A stretch of 63,744 nucleotides of DNA, the filler included, from Folioceros fuciformis (Eukaryota): NCBI GenBank assembly GCA_049999805.1. It is 11 parts of 11 records of this genome, joined end to end, with 100 filler letters (N's around TTAATTAATTAA, not from the genome) between each part and the next. Parts side by side here need not be neighbours in the genome. Positions count along the whole stretch, not along the records: positions 48,911 to 53,717 come from JBNGIO010001444.1; positions 53,818 to 62,303 come from JBNGIO010001445.1; positions 62,404 to 63,744 come from JBNGIO010001450.1; 8 more parts are not named here. One strand, 5' to 3'. A program made the position numbers and the translations under genes. Of this stretch, positions 50,062 to 63,371 are shown piece after piece; positions within the stretch are counted from its first letter, which is position 1; the number at the start of each line of letters is the position of its first letter. Under the pieces are notes generated by a model. That model was not told where the DNA came from. It saw only the letters and a program-made list of their open reading frames with translations, and ran no database searches.

Positions 50062-51195
50062 TGAGCCATCGAGCTAGCACCTTCCCGGTGCCCCCTCCAT
50101 CGCTATCTCGCATGCCGTCCTACTACCGACCGCGTCTTAAGAGTCTATCCGGGAGACAAAAACCCTATGCAACGAGCATAGGCCAATGCGGTTTTTAGAA
50201 CAGCAAAAAGCCCGAGTCAAGTGGCTTCTTCGACACCGATGGTAGGTAGGTCTTTTGTTATTCCACAATATGACATTTTGGGAGCATTAGGTAGTTTTTG
50301 AGAATGATATTCTAAGGGGCTAGTACCCTTTTGGCCTTTGGCTTTCCTCGATGTTCCTCTAACCTATGGAATAGATGAAATTTTTTTTTTCTTTTTTTCA
50401 AGAATAGAAAATATCTTTTTGAGGTAGATTGGTTTATCTCATCTATTTTTTTTCATTAATATGTATTTATTTTATTACTTATATGAATACTTTTTAAATT
50501 ATCTATTTGAAGTACAAAAATACAGGAAAAAAAGGAATCACAGCCTACTTTGAGTGGGGAAAAGGTGACTCCTTGTAGGTAGTTGCTTGGGTGAGAAAGT
50601 TTTCTGTGCAGAATTGACTAAAAAACTAGTAATAATAAATCATAACTCATCCCCACTTCCTAAAATTTCCTTATACTTTCCGAGACTGCGGACTCTTCCG
50701 TTCTCGTGGTTAGTGCTACGACCCGCATCAAATTTTGCAGAACATAGAAAATTTGTCCATCTCAACGCCTTCTTCACAACTCGAATTACAGCCAGACAAC
50801 CCAGGGTTGGTCAGGGGATCGGTGTGAGAGACGTCAATCATATGACTGAAGGCTTCAACAGCTGACATCCTGACCCTCCCGATAACATAAATTAAGGCTG
50901 ATGCACCCACAAGTGCTGCATTACTTCTCAAGAACCAGACTCGTACACACCACAATCAGGAGATGTTTCACCACCACTCCCACCTTAGAATCTGTGAAAA
51001 AGTTATGGAAGCTAAGAGTGTCCACTACAGTACAGTTGTCTACAAAAGACCTACAGAATAGGAGCTTTTATTTCAGTTGGAAGTACAACACTGACATGCA
51101 ATGCAAAATAATGCTTTCAATTTGCAGGTCATCTCTGCAGGGATGTCACGGCTTGAACTCAAGCAGACTGCAAAATTACAGCCCATGCTCCACAC

Positions 51196-53415
51196 TCAAT
51201 TCGATTTCTTGTCTGTAGTCACACCCACAGCCACATTACTCACCTGCAAGAACCAAGAGCACTTCAGCACACGCCTGTCGCAATTCCGGTGGCAATGCAT
51301 AGAGTGAGCCATACGAAATTAAGCCAAACAAAGACATCAATCTCAGCGTACCAGCTTTCCAGAATCATCCATCGTCATTGGGTTCTCCACAACCACCGTT
51401 TGATTTTGTGCCTAAAAGTCAAACAGTACACACCAGAAGGAAGTTAAATGGTCATGGACGTGAATCGTTCGCAACAATGTGTTTATGACAAGCTCCCGCA
51501 TGTTTCAAGGAGCTTGATTTCCTGTGGCAACATAAGACTACACTGGAGATAGACAAGGGACAATGGCGACAAATCGTTCACTCTCGAGATGTCAGCATGT
51601 ACCAAGCGTGCATCCCAGTCCAAACTGGGCTTCGTACATGTTGTAAACTACGGAGCATCAGATTTGATGCGTCTGCAACAAGGTCAACCATGCTGCCAAC
51701 ATGCAGGAAGCATCCCCAATCGCTTGCAGGCACAATGGAGAGTACAAGAGATCAGACTACAATACGACCGTGGAGTACACAAATTTAAACCACCTACCTG
51801 CAAACTGCCCTGGGTAGGAGATGACACATGTGGCCTTGTGCTGCCTGCAGGCATTCGCAGCGATCCCATCTGGCACACACAACTACAGTTCACCCACTGC
51901 TCCGGAAAACCCCCCTTACTCAGTCTTGTGCACCATAATTTCTCGACTGCTATGCATCGTACTACAGCAAAGCTGCTCTCAAACATAAAGAAAACGCTTC
52001 GTGGTTTGCAATCTCACGACAGTATACAAGCATTTGAACAAGGAATGCACAACGGAGGAGCTGTAAGTAGCAAACACACCGCAAGTGTAGTCACAAACTG
52101 GCAAATTGCACACTTCACAGATTGAGCCCCATATGCATACATGAGGGTCATGCCGCACCCTCCACAATTGATATGGGCAACATGATTTGCTGCTGCAGGA
52201 CAAAAACAGAAAAGCCTTAGCTTTTTGCCCTTCAGGCTAGGCTTACATAATGGAGCAAGCGAGATGGACTTGTTGGAGAAATAAGTTATTCTCAGAGATC
52301 ATACCCTCCATGGCCAGGTTCACTGTATTGCAGCATGAACACTGCACACTTGATGCACCACGGACGTACATCAGCAAGGTTCGACAGCCACCACAGACAA
52401 GTTGTGCCATTTCAGCTCCTGCAACAGCGAGGTATCCCATTACACAAGAGGAGGCCCCACAACACAGGACTGAGCTAGCAGACGTTCAAGCCCTCACCCA
52501 GGAGCAGTTCCTACGCTTTTCACATAAATGCTTGCCTCATGGCAACTATGCCACGAGAGCTGGAATGTGTAGGCCGAACCGGCTTCAGCAATCAACTACA
52601 AACATATACATCGATGCCATTGTCTGTTCTACAGCAGCTGCAGTGCTGGTCGGAAAGTAATTCCAAGCAGCATACACACAGACGGGACACCTGAGTATCA
52701 AACACGAAATAGTGCAGCCAGCTGCCGCTGATCTCACGAGGTAGTTCCATAGAGGATCAATCAATGGTGAAAACACTTGTTCAAGTAGAGGGTTTGGTAT
52801 CATCCAAAAAACGTAAACAATGAGGAAGGCAAACAGACCATGAGCCGGAACCGCCGTGACAAAGCTGCAGAGAGCACATCTGACATTATTCGCCCCCTGA
52901 GGATACACCAGCAGTGTCCTACAACCACTGCATATCAGTTGACCTTGAGTACCTGCAAATTCCAGAATAAGACATCAGAACAGACATTAGAACTGCTGGA
53001 GATAGACCAGGCCCACGAAGTTTCTTCACACCTCCATGTCCTCATCAACAGAGTAGAGTACCGAAGCACCACAGGCATCACCACACATCACGCCGCAGTC
53101 ATCATCCTAGTGAAGAAGCCCCCCTCGTTGTCCTCACTGCCAACAAGGTAATTGGCCGTCGGCTCTGGACGCAACTCTAGAAGCTACTTTGCCCCTAGGG
53201 CTGCTCTGAAATAGCCTCAAGTCCTCACTTAAAACACCAGCCCGACTGACTAACAGCAACACAATTGACCAGGGCCTGACACAACCAGGTGATGCATAGG
53301 ACCATGTGTTGGCATGCCAGAGATTCAGACGGCAGGGTTTCGGAGGGGAAGAACCGGGAGGCGGGAGGTGGAACTGATGCTGTTGAGCCGGATAGGGTGC
53401 TAGTGGTACGGGCAT
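51196..53415 (-). CDS. LOL1: LSD1-family zinc-finger protein (LOL1/LSD1-like), 7 exons
   Basis: MPVPLAPYP start; three CxxC..LLxY..GA..VxCxxC fingers; C-terminus [27 protein letters not shown]. Confidence 0.9.
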
Positions 53416-53847
53416 TGATGATCTCCTGTACTTGATGCCACGAACGCTCGTTCGCTCGTGTGGTCGTGTCGAGGCACAAGGTCAGGTGAAGAGAGACGCC
53501 GTCATTGGCTTCCCCAATCCCCTGTGATGCGCAGGCCAAAGAGTGAAGAACGCGTTAATCAGATGAACCCGCAGTGGCAGCAGCAGCAACAGCAGCGGCA
53601 GTGCCCACAACCTGGGAGACAACGCTTGCGTACCGGCGCTGTCGTCCCTGGCCAAGCGGGTGAGATAGGCGTTTATCCTCGTAATTTCAAATCACTTCGG
53701 AGCCCCCTCTCCCATTCNNNNNNNNNNNNNNNNNNNNNNNNNNNNNNNNNNNNNNNNNNNNTTAATTAATTAANNNNNNNNNNNNNNNNNNNNNNNNNNN
53801 NNNNNNNNNNNNNNNNNTGGATGGTGGTCATGGTGTGTGCTCGCCAG

Positions 53848-54477
53848 ATCCCGGAGCTCCGCCAGGATATTGTAATTCCGGATTACTGCAACCTCGCCGG
53901 TGGCAGCCTGCAGTCTATCAATGCATGGTTCGGCCCCAGCGGCACCGTCACTCCCTTGCACTATGATCCTGTGCACAATCTCCTGGCCCAGGTAACGCGC
54001 CTGCATGCGGGCCTCACTTGTCTGTCCGTGTGTCGTTTGGGAGAGCTGTGAAAGACGAATCAAGGAGCTGGCTGGCAGGTCGTGGGGAGCAAGTACGTGA
54101 GGCTGTATCCGTCCACGGTGTCCAGCGAGCTCTACCCATACCAAGAGCCGATGCTTCAGAATTCGAGTCAGGTACTTGTCGGGCAATCTCCCCTCGCCCT
54201 CGCCCTGCCTGTCGTGCTTGGAGTAACTTCCGGGGTGACTGCTTTGGCTCACCTGCAGGTGGATCTCGATAACCCGGACTACGACAAGTTTAGCGCCGCC
54301 AAGGATTTGCCCTTCGTGGAGTGCATTTTGGAGCCTGGTGATATGTTGTACGTACCCCCCAAGTGGTGGCACTACGTTAGGTCATTAAGTGTCAGCTTCT
54401 CGGTCAGCTTTTGGTGGGCTGTAGAAGTGGAGGAGCAAGTAAAAGCAGATGATCATGCTCCCCCATCACAGGAGTAG
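53848..54477 (+). CDS. JMJ30: JmjC protein JMJ30/JMJD5 (KDM8-like) C-terminus, 5' truncated; exons ~53848-53990, 54079-54170, 54259-54477
   Basis: [61 protein letters not shown]. Confidence 0.92.
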
Positions 54478-54778
54478 ATGAGACCACGGATGCTGGCAAC
54501 AAGGAAAACGTCCGGACCCGTAAGCGCTTCCGCACGCCACATGTACAGTCAGACCGCTTTTGACAATCATGCATGGACCGTGTCCAGCACTACCCGCGTC
54601 ATGGTCTCTCACTCTCTCAAATGAGTAGTCTGACTGTACTGCGGAGGTAGCAGTGCCCATGAGTTCTCTCCTACCATGGCCATTCTCGTCTCCCGGTGCA
54701 ACAATCCTGGAACGCTCATCTTCCCGATGGCCTGTCAACTCGCCTCAGATGCGTGCTTGATGCTTGGTGCTGAGCTTG

Positions 54779-57262
54779 ATGTTTCATGTGGCAACGCAGA
54801 TGGGTGTGGACTCCATTGCCGCTGGTCCCGGGCTGTTAGCCCACAAGGGAGGCATCCCAGTCTCTCTAGGGGATTGTCCGGCTGCGCGACAAGAAAAGGG
54901 CTTCGATTCGTGGCAGAAGGTGGAGCTGCAGATGAGGGATCAGGCTGCTGCCCTGACCACATCCCACTGGAGCGTGCCGGATTCTCCCGCCAAGTCTGCA
55001 GCGTGGTCAGTGGGCATGACGGCCGAAACTGTGAGCAGGTTATGTCACCAGGGTCTGGAGATGGAGTCTGTCGTTGAGGCTCTGGGACTTTTGGTAGAGA
55101 AGGACTGTCCAACCTCCCAGTCTCTGTTTTATACGGTGCTCAAGAAGTGTGTGGCTCACAGGGATTTGGTTCTTGGCCGTAGGGTACACGCTCTGGCTGT
55201 GAAAGTGGGTTGTGAGTCGGACACTTTCTTGTGCAACCACATCATGAGGCTGTATACTGGCCATGGCAGGTTGCAAGACGCTATGGATGTGTTCCACATG
55301 GTTGCCACACCTGATGCCTTCTCCTGGTCTGCCATCATTTCTGCTCATGTTAAGGAGGGGCAAGATAAGCAGGCCATACAACTGTACCATCGGATGCGCA
55401 GGTCAGGTGTGAAGCCGGATGGCCATGTGTTTGTGGCAGCGCTTCAGGCTTGTGCCAGGGGACGAGACTTGGATACTGGGCAGCAGGTCCATGCTGATGT
55501 GTTGGCCAGTGGGTTGGAGACTAGTTTGTTTGTCTCCAGCTGCTTGGTGGACATGTATGCAAAGTGCGGCAGCTTGGAAGACGCCCAGAGAGTGTTTCAT
55601 GCCCTTCCTCGGAAGGACGTGGTGACTTGGAATGCTATGATAGCAGGATACTCCCAGCAGGGCAAGGGGAAGGAATCCCTTCGTCTCCACGAGGCTATGC
55701 AAGAAGAAGGCATTGTTGCACTTGATGCCGTCACAATTACGTGCCTTTTGCAGGCATGTGCAAGCGTGGGCACTGCAGCTCTGGAGAAGGGGAGGCAGCT
55801 TCATGCACGAATCAGAGAACAAGGACGTCCTTTGGCTGATGTGTTTGTAGCCAGCAGCTTGGTCAACATGTATGCCAAGTGCGGCAGCTTGGAGGAAGCC
55901 CGGGATGTGTTTGATGAACTCCGTCAGAAAAATGTGGTGACATGGAGTGCAATGATAGCAGGATATTCGCAGCATGGCATGGGGCTCGAAGCCCTTCGTC
56001 TCTACAAAGCCATGCAAGAAGACGGCATGATTGTACCCAATGCTGTCACATTTGTGTGCCTCCTACAGTCTTGTGCAACAGTGGGCACCCCAGCTTTGGA
56101 GACGGGCAAGGAGATTCACGCACAAATCACGGAACAAGGACTGCAAGCTGACGTGTTTCCAGGGGGCGCTCTGGTAAACATGTATGCAAAGTGCGGCAGC
56201 ATCCAGGATGCTCGGGCGGTGTTCGATGGACTTCCTCACAAAGATGTGGTGACGTGGACTGCTCTGATAGCAGGCTATTCCCAGCAGGGCATGAGTCTGG
56301 AAGCCTTGAATCTCTACAAGGCTATGGGTGGAGAGGGCATGGTTCCACCTGATGCTGTGACATTTGGATGCCTCCTGCAGGCCTGTGCGAGTGTGGCAGC
56401 CTTGCATCTGGGCAGGCAGCTTCATGCGCAGATCAAAGACGCAGGCCTTCAACTCGATGGCGCTATTGGCAACAGTTTGGTAAACATGTATGCAAAGTCA
56501 GGGAGCATGGCTGAAGCACAACATGTGTTTGATGCCATGCCTGAAAGAGATGTCGTCACCTGGAGTGCTCTGATCGCTGGCTACACACGTCAAGGAGCCA
56601 GTGAAGTAGTCTTTGACTTGTATCACCGAATGATACAAGCTGGCATTCAGCCGGCTGCCATCACGCTGCTCAGCGTACTAACAGTCTGCAGCCATGCGGG
56701 TCTAGTGCACAAGGGGCAAGAGTACTTCGAGTCCATGACCGGACAATACGGTATCACCCCAACTGTGGAGCACTACGCATGCATGGTGGATCTCCTAGGT
56801 CGAGCAGGCAGACTAGATGAATCACTAGCTCTGGTATGTGCCATGCCTGTACAGCCTAATGCTGCAGTTTGGCACGCTCTGTTGGGTGCCTGTCAAAAGT
56901 GGAACAACGTGGAGTTGGGATGCCGTGCTTTTGATGAAGCAATTAAGCTAGACAAGAAAGATGCTGCAGCATATGTGTTGATGTCCAATATATACACCGG
57001 TGCCCAGATGTGGAAGCAGGCACAGGAGATGCAGGTAAGGAGAACGGGGATCCAAGCATGGAAGCAACCAGGCCAGAGCTGGTGGACAGACACGGATGGC
57101 GTGGTGCATAGTTTTTTGGTCAGAGATCAGAAGCACCCCGAGAGTGGCGACATATACATCAAGTTGCAACAGCTTCTTTCCTCAATGAACAAAGCAGGAT
57201 CCTATGTTCCGCATCTGGACCCGTTCGAGGAGTTCCCTGAGGATTGGGGTTGCAGAAGCTAG
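54779..57262 (+). CDS. PLS-class PPR protein with E1/E2 and a truncated WW-type DYW start (E+); putative organellar RNA-editing factor
   Basis: Intronless; repeated LVNMYAKCGS..A..VFD / DVVTW.AMIAGY triplets; EHYACMVDLLGRAG; AAYVLMSNIY; KQPGQSWWTD; stop before HSE. Confidence 0.95.
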   Translation: MFHVATQMGVDSIAAGPGLLAHKGGIPVSLGDCPAARQEKGFDSWQKVELQMRDQAAALTTSHWSVPDSPAKSAAWSVGMTAETVSRLCHQGLEMESVVEALGLLVEKDCPTSQSLFYTVLKKCVAHRDLVLGRRVHALAVKVGCESDTFLCNHIMRLYTGHGRLQDAMDVFHMVATPDAFSWSAIISAHVKEGQDKQAIQLYHRMRRSGVKPDGHVFVAALQACARGRDLDTGQQVHADVLASGLETSLFVSSCLVDMYAKCGSLEDAQRVFHALPRKDVVTWNAMIAGYSQQGKGKESLRLHEAMQEEGIVALDAVTITCLLQACASVGTAALEKGRQLHARIREQGRPLADVFVASSLVNMYAKCGSLEEARDVFDELRQKNVVTWSAMIAGYSQHGMGLEALRLYKAMQEDGMIVPNAVTFVCLLQSCATVGTPALETGKEIHAQITEQGLQADVFPGGALVNMYAKCGSIQDARAVFDGLPHKDVVTWTALIAGYSQQGMSLEALNLYKAMGGEGMVPPDAVTFGCLLQACASVAALHLGRQLHAQIKDAGLQLDGAIGNSLVNMYAKSGSMAEAQHVFDAMPERDVVTWSALIAGYTRQGASEVVFDLYHRMIQAGIQPAAITLLSVLTVCSHAGLVHKGQEYFESMTGQYGITPTVEHYACMVDLLGRAGRLDESLALVCAMPVQPNAAVWHALLGACQKWNNVELGCRAFDEAIKLDKKDAAAYVLMSNIYTGAQMWKQAQEMQVRRTGIQAWKQPGQSWWTDTDGVVHSFLVRDQKHPESGDIYIKLQQLLSSMNKAGSYVPHLDPFEEFPEDWGCRS

Positions 57263-59630
57263 ATGAGATCATCGGGGAATGGAAAGCTCCAATAGCTTCA
57301 CGGTTCGTGTGGCTTCCACCGTCCTTCAGCAGTAAAGTAGCCCACGGATATTTCGACGACATGTTGAAGTTTCAGTACGTACTTGGATCATCGGTCCGTT
57401 TGTATTTCGCTGAGGGTCGTGGCACCTCCATCATTCACTCACCAGTTCCTTGTCTGCTCTCACACCGCAGTTTGTGCGCCTCGTGTATGTGGCGACGCAT
57501 GTTTAAGGCATGCTGTAAGAAATCTCAACATTCAACAGAACCCAACACAACCGAAAAGGACAAAAAAACGAACCCCATAGCTGTCAGACCTCTAGTTGCG
57601 GATCGCCAAGGTATTCTAACCGAATATAAGGTACAAGCGAGATATCCGTGGGCTTTCATGTATCGTGGTCATGGGTCCTCCTCCATTATCACCTTAGCCT
57701 AGATTTATTTTCTCCGCGGGATAGAACTAGTGTACAATCAAGTCTTAGTCAATTTATTGTGTTATTTATGTTCCTTATAATTTAGAGGAAATAAATTTTA
57801 CATGAGAATTGATATCACTTAGCAATAAAATAAGTTCAGATCAGGAAAAATAGGGTTGGTCTTCCCCTTTCATGTATTGTAGTATCTTTCTTTTGTTTTT
57901 CAGCAAAGAGTTCATATTGGTTATATTGTAGCAAAAGGAGACTACAACATTGAGGGCTATATTGTAGCAAAAGAAGACAGGGACATTGAGGGCTAGCCCT
58001 TGTGCGACGCAAAATCTAAAAACTTCAAGTATCACCTCACCTATGATGGTCCAAAAGGAGGAAGGGTCTACCTACCACTCTTGTCTTTGATGCCACCTCT
58101 CCTACCACTGTCATTGTCTTCTAAATAGCATAAGCCAATGCTCGTTCTAATGAGTACTAGAGTTGGCAAGAGGTGCCCTACAACTACAATTTGAAATACA
58201 CTTAATGTGTTCGACATTTAGCCACAGATAGACATCATTTCTAAAAACTACCATACAAGTTCAAACATCCCATAGTATCCTTCAACACAAACACAAGTTC
58301 TTCAGAGTTTGCCTCTGAATCTATGACTATATCCACATCCTTCAATCTCTGGTCTTCCGTATCATCTGCCTGGGACACATTTGGAGTGTCTCCAAGTTTT
58401 CGTAGTTAACCATACAAGTGTTCGTTACATCAATAACACAATGAAACAGAAAGCTCAATATAGAAAAGACAATAGCAGGATCTTCCTATAGCACGGGTGT
58501 GCCAGTCTACTGCAGCACTCCTACAACTCGGATGCGCCTGAAAATAAAGTTTTCAAGTCTGAGTGCGTTGGTAGACTAGTGCACTCGTATAGTTAAGTGA
58601 ATATATTAAGGAAGTTTTCAAGTCAGGGTGTGCCGGTAGACCGGTGCACTCCTGCATTTAAGTGAATATGTGAAAGAAGTTTTCAAATATATGAGAAAGA
58701 AGTTTTCAAGAATGAAAACAAAGTTTTGGAATTATGAATTAAGAGCCAGGTTTGAACTCACAATGTCTTACATTTAAGCTAAGTACCAATTGCTACACAC
58801 CATTTCCTATGTTTAATGTACATAACAACCTCTACAATATTTCCTATGTTCGTATGTTTCACAACTATTTTTAAAGTATATAAATGCTCATTAAATGCAT
58901 AGGCCTAGGGGCGAGTATGACAATCTACCGATGCACTCTTGAAGAAAATATTCAAAATAAAAAACCATGGAATATTGATACTGTACCTCTAATACAAATT
59001 TGCGATTTTATCAAGGCATGTCTCATGCAACTAGGAACATCATTCCCATCATGTAATTGGATAGTTTCATACACTTTTTTTGTTGTAACACACCCATAAT
59101 TTTGCTATTTTCCATTGCCATCATGAAGACATGGAAGTACGACATCAAATTTTTATAGTTCATTTCTGCATGTTGCATAGAAAACTCATAGAATCATGGA
59201 TATGTGCCACAAAAATTACACAATAATTTCTGAAGCCTGATATGGCGGAATCCGACCGTTAGGCATAGATCATGTTATATGGTTGAATGTTTGAGTTTTA
59301 GGGTTCATACTACACTACAATGAGCTTTGGTCAATGCTATATATCAACCGACAATAATGGCAAAAGAGATGGCGTGAGCCACTCCAATGGTAAGTAGACT
59401 CTTCATCCTTCCAAACCATGATATCTTAGGTATTTTTGGTAGTTTGGACCGTAATATCTTAGGTGATGATCAGCTTTAGGGGCTTGCCATAGTTACATAG
59501 TCACCTCTTGTAGTTTGTCTCATCTCTTTAAGCTTAAATGGGTTTCCAGTCTTGCTTTTCTCAAGTAATTATTGTTATGGTGTGCCACTAAACATTGCAC
59601 TCATGCATGGTTCATTAGGTAACAATACTT

Positions 59631-60183
59631 ACACTACACCACATTACACACACATTAAATACTGCATGATGATGGTGCAGAACACTACATAATGGTGCTA
59701 CATGATGATGGTGCAGAACACTACATAATGGTGCTGCAGCTCTATAAAGAGTGAAGCATTTGCTTCGTTCAGACACCATAAAATCTTCTCTACCTCTACT
59801 GCATCCACACTTCTCAAAGTTGTAACGATTGGGTCACATGATCTTGCATACTGCGCACACGCACACCTCAGTCCGATTTCCAACTAGATAATGCTCCCTC
59901 AAGAGAAAACCTATTCTCAAAAAGCAAGAGAATACAAGCTTACAACTGTAGCAAACACCGCTAAGCTAGTCTTTTATGCCTACTACCTAAGACCTGTTGC
60001 AGTCACTTCCACACATCTAGTTGTGTGTCTATTTAGTCAACTTTATATTATATTATATTTTCTAATAATCTCTACTAAATAATTATTAATAACTATTAAT
60101 GTCATTTATCAGCATCACTTAATTATTAACTAATTACTATTTACATGCATCTAAGCGACAACACACAACAGTCATGCTTGACA
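59631..60183 (-). mobile_element. LTR fragment, copy of 11016-11496
   Basis: Long near-identity, including the TGTCAAGCATG terminus; local 35-bp duplication ~59665-59735. Confidence 0.75.
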
Positions 60184-60572
60184 TTACAAAGACTATACTT
60201 CCAAAAGAGTGAGGAGAAAATATATTAATTAACTATAATATTAATTATGAAGAGAAGTAATATTACTTGACTATAATATTATTAGTAGAGGGGTGCACAT
60301 TGGCCAAGATCAATGAATATACTTTAATGCAAGTTAGACATAGCTTCATTCCCCTTGATATCAACCCTTATAAAAGGCACATTCTAAGCATTCTCCAAGT
60401 TTTGTAAGACTTGTGCCAAGGCGTTCTTTAAGTTTCTTACAACTTATGCCAAGCCATTCTGATAGTTCCTTAAGGCTTGTGCCAAGGCTTTCCATAGTAG
60501 GAAGAAAGGAGTTGGTGTCTCTCTATCTTATATGTTGTTTGATAAATCGCAGAGAAACTCATGCCATTTTTT

Positions 60573-60770
60573 TTCAAAATGCAAGTGCTAGCAACATCTC
60601 GAAGGGTTGGGGCTGTAGGATTTTATGAACAAACTCATGAAATTTTTGTCAAAATGCAAGTGCGAGTAGCATCTTGAAGGGTCGATGGATTTTAGGGACA
60701 AACTCATGAAGTTTTTGTCAAAATACAAGTGTTAGTAGCATCTCAAAGGATTGGGGTTGTAGGATTTTGC
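60573..60770. repeat. ~70-bp tandem repeat x3
   Basis: aaactcatg...tttt.tcaaaat.caagtg..ag.a.catct..aagg units. Confidence 0.75.
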
Positions 60771-61570
60771 TACTTACTATGAATTTCAACATAAAATTTA
60801 CTAAGGCAAAGGGAAGGAGAAGAGGCTAGTATTGTTCACCTGCCTCATAGTGGTTCTCTTTCTCTTATCTGGCGATCAAGCCATTGCCAATCTTGTAAAG
60901 ATAAGTTTGCAACTGATTGTACGCCATTAATTACAAACAATGATGAGTATTTATTAAAAATAAAAAATACATATAGCAGCAAGTTCAATATCTAATCAAG
61001 TGCCTACTAAATATTAAAATGATCATTGCCTTCCTGCCTTGAGGCAACCCAACCTATTACCAACTACCAACAAGCTAAGTAAGTTGGCCTTTTGTTCATC
61101 CTCTTCTTGGTTTCCAAATATGAGCCCTTGGCCACTATAGTCAAAGGCCAGCCATGGCGCATGAGAAGGTTTGGAAAAATATACTCACATATGCAAGGGT
61201 TGAGCTACAATAATATGACAATTTCTTACCATAAAATGAACAGGTGGTTACGAAGTCAAGATTGATAAAGACCTTCAGTAAGGGACCCAGTTGATTTAGA
61301 TATTGTGGGTGAAAACTGTGAGTTCATAAGTTTCATTAGAAACATAGGTGGGAGCCAACTATGTAGGAGCTTCATGGTTGATGGTGAAGGTTTGACAAAC
61401 AAGATCATAAAGGGGGAGGATAAGAAAACTGTCATTGATATGCTGAAGATAAATAATGCGACATGTTTTGTTAGCTAAAGATGACCTTCCATATGTTTCT
61501 ATAGTAGAAGATTATGTTCCACATCTTGTTACATCTACTGCTAAGTAGACACTATATGCGAAGATGCATA

Positions 61571-61652
61571 TTAAGTCTTCTCGAAAGGGGGTACAAAAGA
61601 GTCCAAAAGAATTAAGTCTTCTCGAAAGGGGGTACAAAAGAGTCCAAAAGAA
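61571..61652. repeat. ~42-bp tandem duplication
   Basis: ttaagtcttctcgaaagggggtacaaaagagtccaaaagaa x2. Confidence 0.85.
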
Positions 61653-62403
61653 TCCAAAAGTGATGACGATGACTAAAGACCAAACTACGAGGTGTAGGTG
61701 AAGGCCTTAATGAAGAGGCCGCCAAGTGAACCATGTGGTTTTATAGTTTGTGGATTAAAGAAGGAATAGTTCTCAATTGGAACACTAGGTTAAGATAGAC
61801 TCAAGGATAGACAAAGGATTCTCAACTGGAACACAAAGGTTCCAGAAGGGTTGAAGGGTTACAGGCAATGGATCCACAATTAGAGGATAAAAAGAAAAAA
61901 AAAAGATTTTAGTGCAGAGACTGAATAGACAATCCTTCGTCTAAATTTATTGTGACATTGAATAATATTTTGTAGGTAGGTAGGTGTATGATGGGCTGTG
62001 GAAACATGTCACAAGAAGCTTCTCCGTAACCATAAGGTGAGCAGCTGGGCGTCGCATAATCATCTGTTAGGAAGCGGCTGAGCTACGGTCCACCTTCCCT
62101 TGAGTCCAAAACGGTAGCTCTTTGCTGCAAAGCGTTACCCTAGTAAGAGGTGGCACTGAGAGCTGATGGAGTCGGAGCCAGTCTGCCGCTGCTTGGATAC
62201 AGCTATGCGCGTTCGGTGGTGTTGCATCCCGCCGGCCTAGGCTAGGCACGGGCTGCTCCGTTCTAACCCTTTGTGTGTGTGTGTGCCTTGAGCTGCCATG
62301 TCGNNNNNNNNNNNNNNNNNNNNNNNNNNNNNNNNNNNNNNNNNNNNTTAATTAATTAANNNNNNNNNNNNNNNNNNNNNNNNNNNNNNNNNNNNNNNNN
62401 NNN

Positions 62404-63371
62404 TCCTGTCACACGTAAAGGATATGTTGAGAAAAACATTTGAAATGACAAACAGTGGTGATCTAATTTTCTGCCTAGGGATACAAGTGCTTCGAGTTCG
62501 ATCAGAGGGGCTTCTCATTATCCATCAACACAAATATGTTGCTGAGATCTTACACAAATTCAACATGGGACAAGCTCATCCTTCTTCTACTCCAGGCTCT
62601 GTAGGAGCTAAACTTACTCGATCTGAGTGTCCTGTCACAGATGCTGACCGCTTGGACATGCAGGATGTCCCCTATCGACAGGCTATTGGCTGTTTACTTT
62701 TCGTCAGCAACTGGACGCGCCCTGATATCCAACATTCCGTTGGTACAGTGTCCCAATTCTTAGATAACCCTGGTCGTGCTCATTGGACTGCTGTAAAACG
62801 TATTTTTCGTTACCTCAAAGACTCGCCCTACATTGGACTCTGCTATAGACGAGGAGCACACCAGACCCCTCAGCTCACTCTTGAAGGGCTTACTGACGCT
62901 GATTGGGCCTCGGATAGTGACTCCCGTAAGAGTTTGTCCACCTATACTTTCCTCCTCGCCCAAGCTTCTATCAACTGGAGCTGCAAAAAGCAGACCAATA
63001 TAGCCCTGTCAAGCACTGAAGCCGAATACAAATCCCTTACTGATGCTACTAAGGAAGTGGAATGGGAGCGGTCTTTTTCACATGACCTTGGGCAAATGCA
63101 GGATGGCCCTACTCACCTCTACTGTGACAATCAATCAGCCATCGCCCTTGTTGCCAATCCCCGCTTCCACGCTCGGACGAAACATATTGAAGTCCATCAT
63201 CACTATATTAGAGATGCTGCTGCGAGGGGGTTAGTTAAAATTCTCTACATGCCTACTGAGAATAACACAGTAGACATCCTAACAAAGGCCCTACCAAAGG
63301 ATAAACATCAGAAGCATATGCAGGCACTTGGGCTAATAAACTTTCAATCCTATTTCAAACCCGCAGCTTAA
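62404..63371 (+). mobile_element. Ty1/Copia pol C-terminus (RT end + RNase H)
   Basis: PYRQAIGCL....TRPDI, TDADWA, SSTEAEY, LYCDNQSAI, HARTKHIEVHHHYIR, DILTKAL. Confidence 0.95.

Noticed and set aside
14301-57262. Apparent cluster of RNA-processing genes (SpoU, PRP40C, RNC1, PPR)
   Set aside because: They lie on different, artificially joined contigs
57244-57702. ORF downstream of the PPR as a frameshifted DYW domain
   Set aside because: No HSE, CxxC or DYW-like motifs
62067-62300. GC-rich short minus-strand ORF at contig end
   Set aside because: No homology cues; cannot be supported as a gene
5950-62403. Recurrent TTAATTAATTAA palindrome as a biological motif
   Set aside because: Always centred in N-runs: an assembly linker
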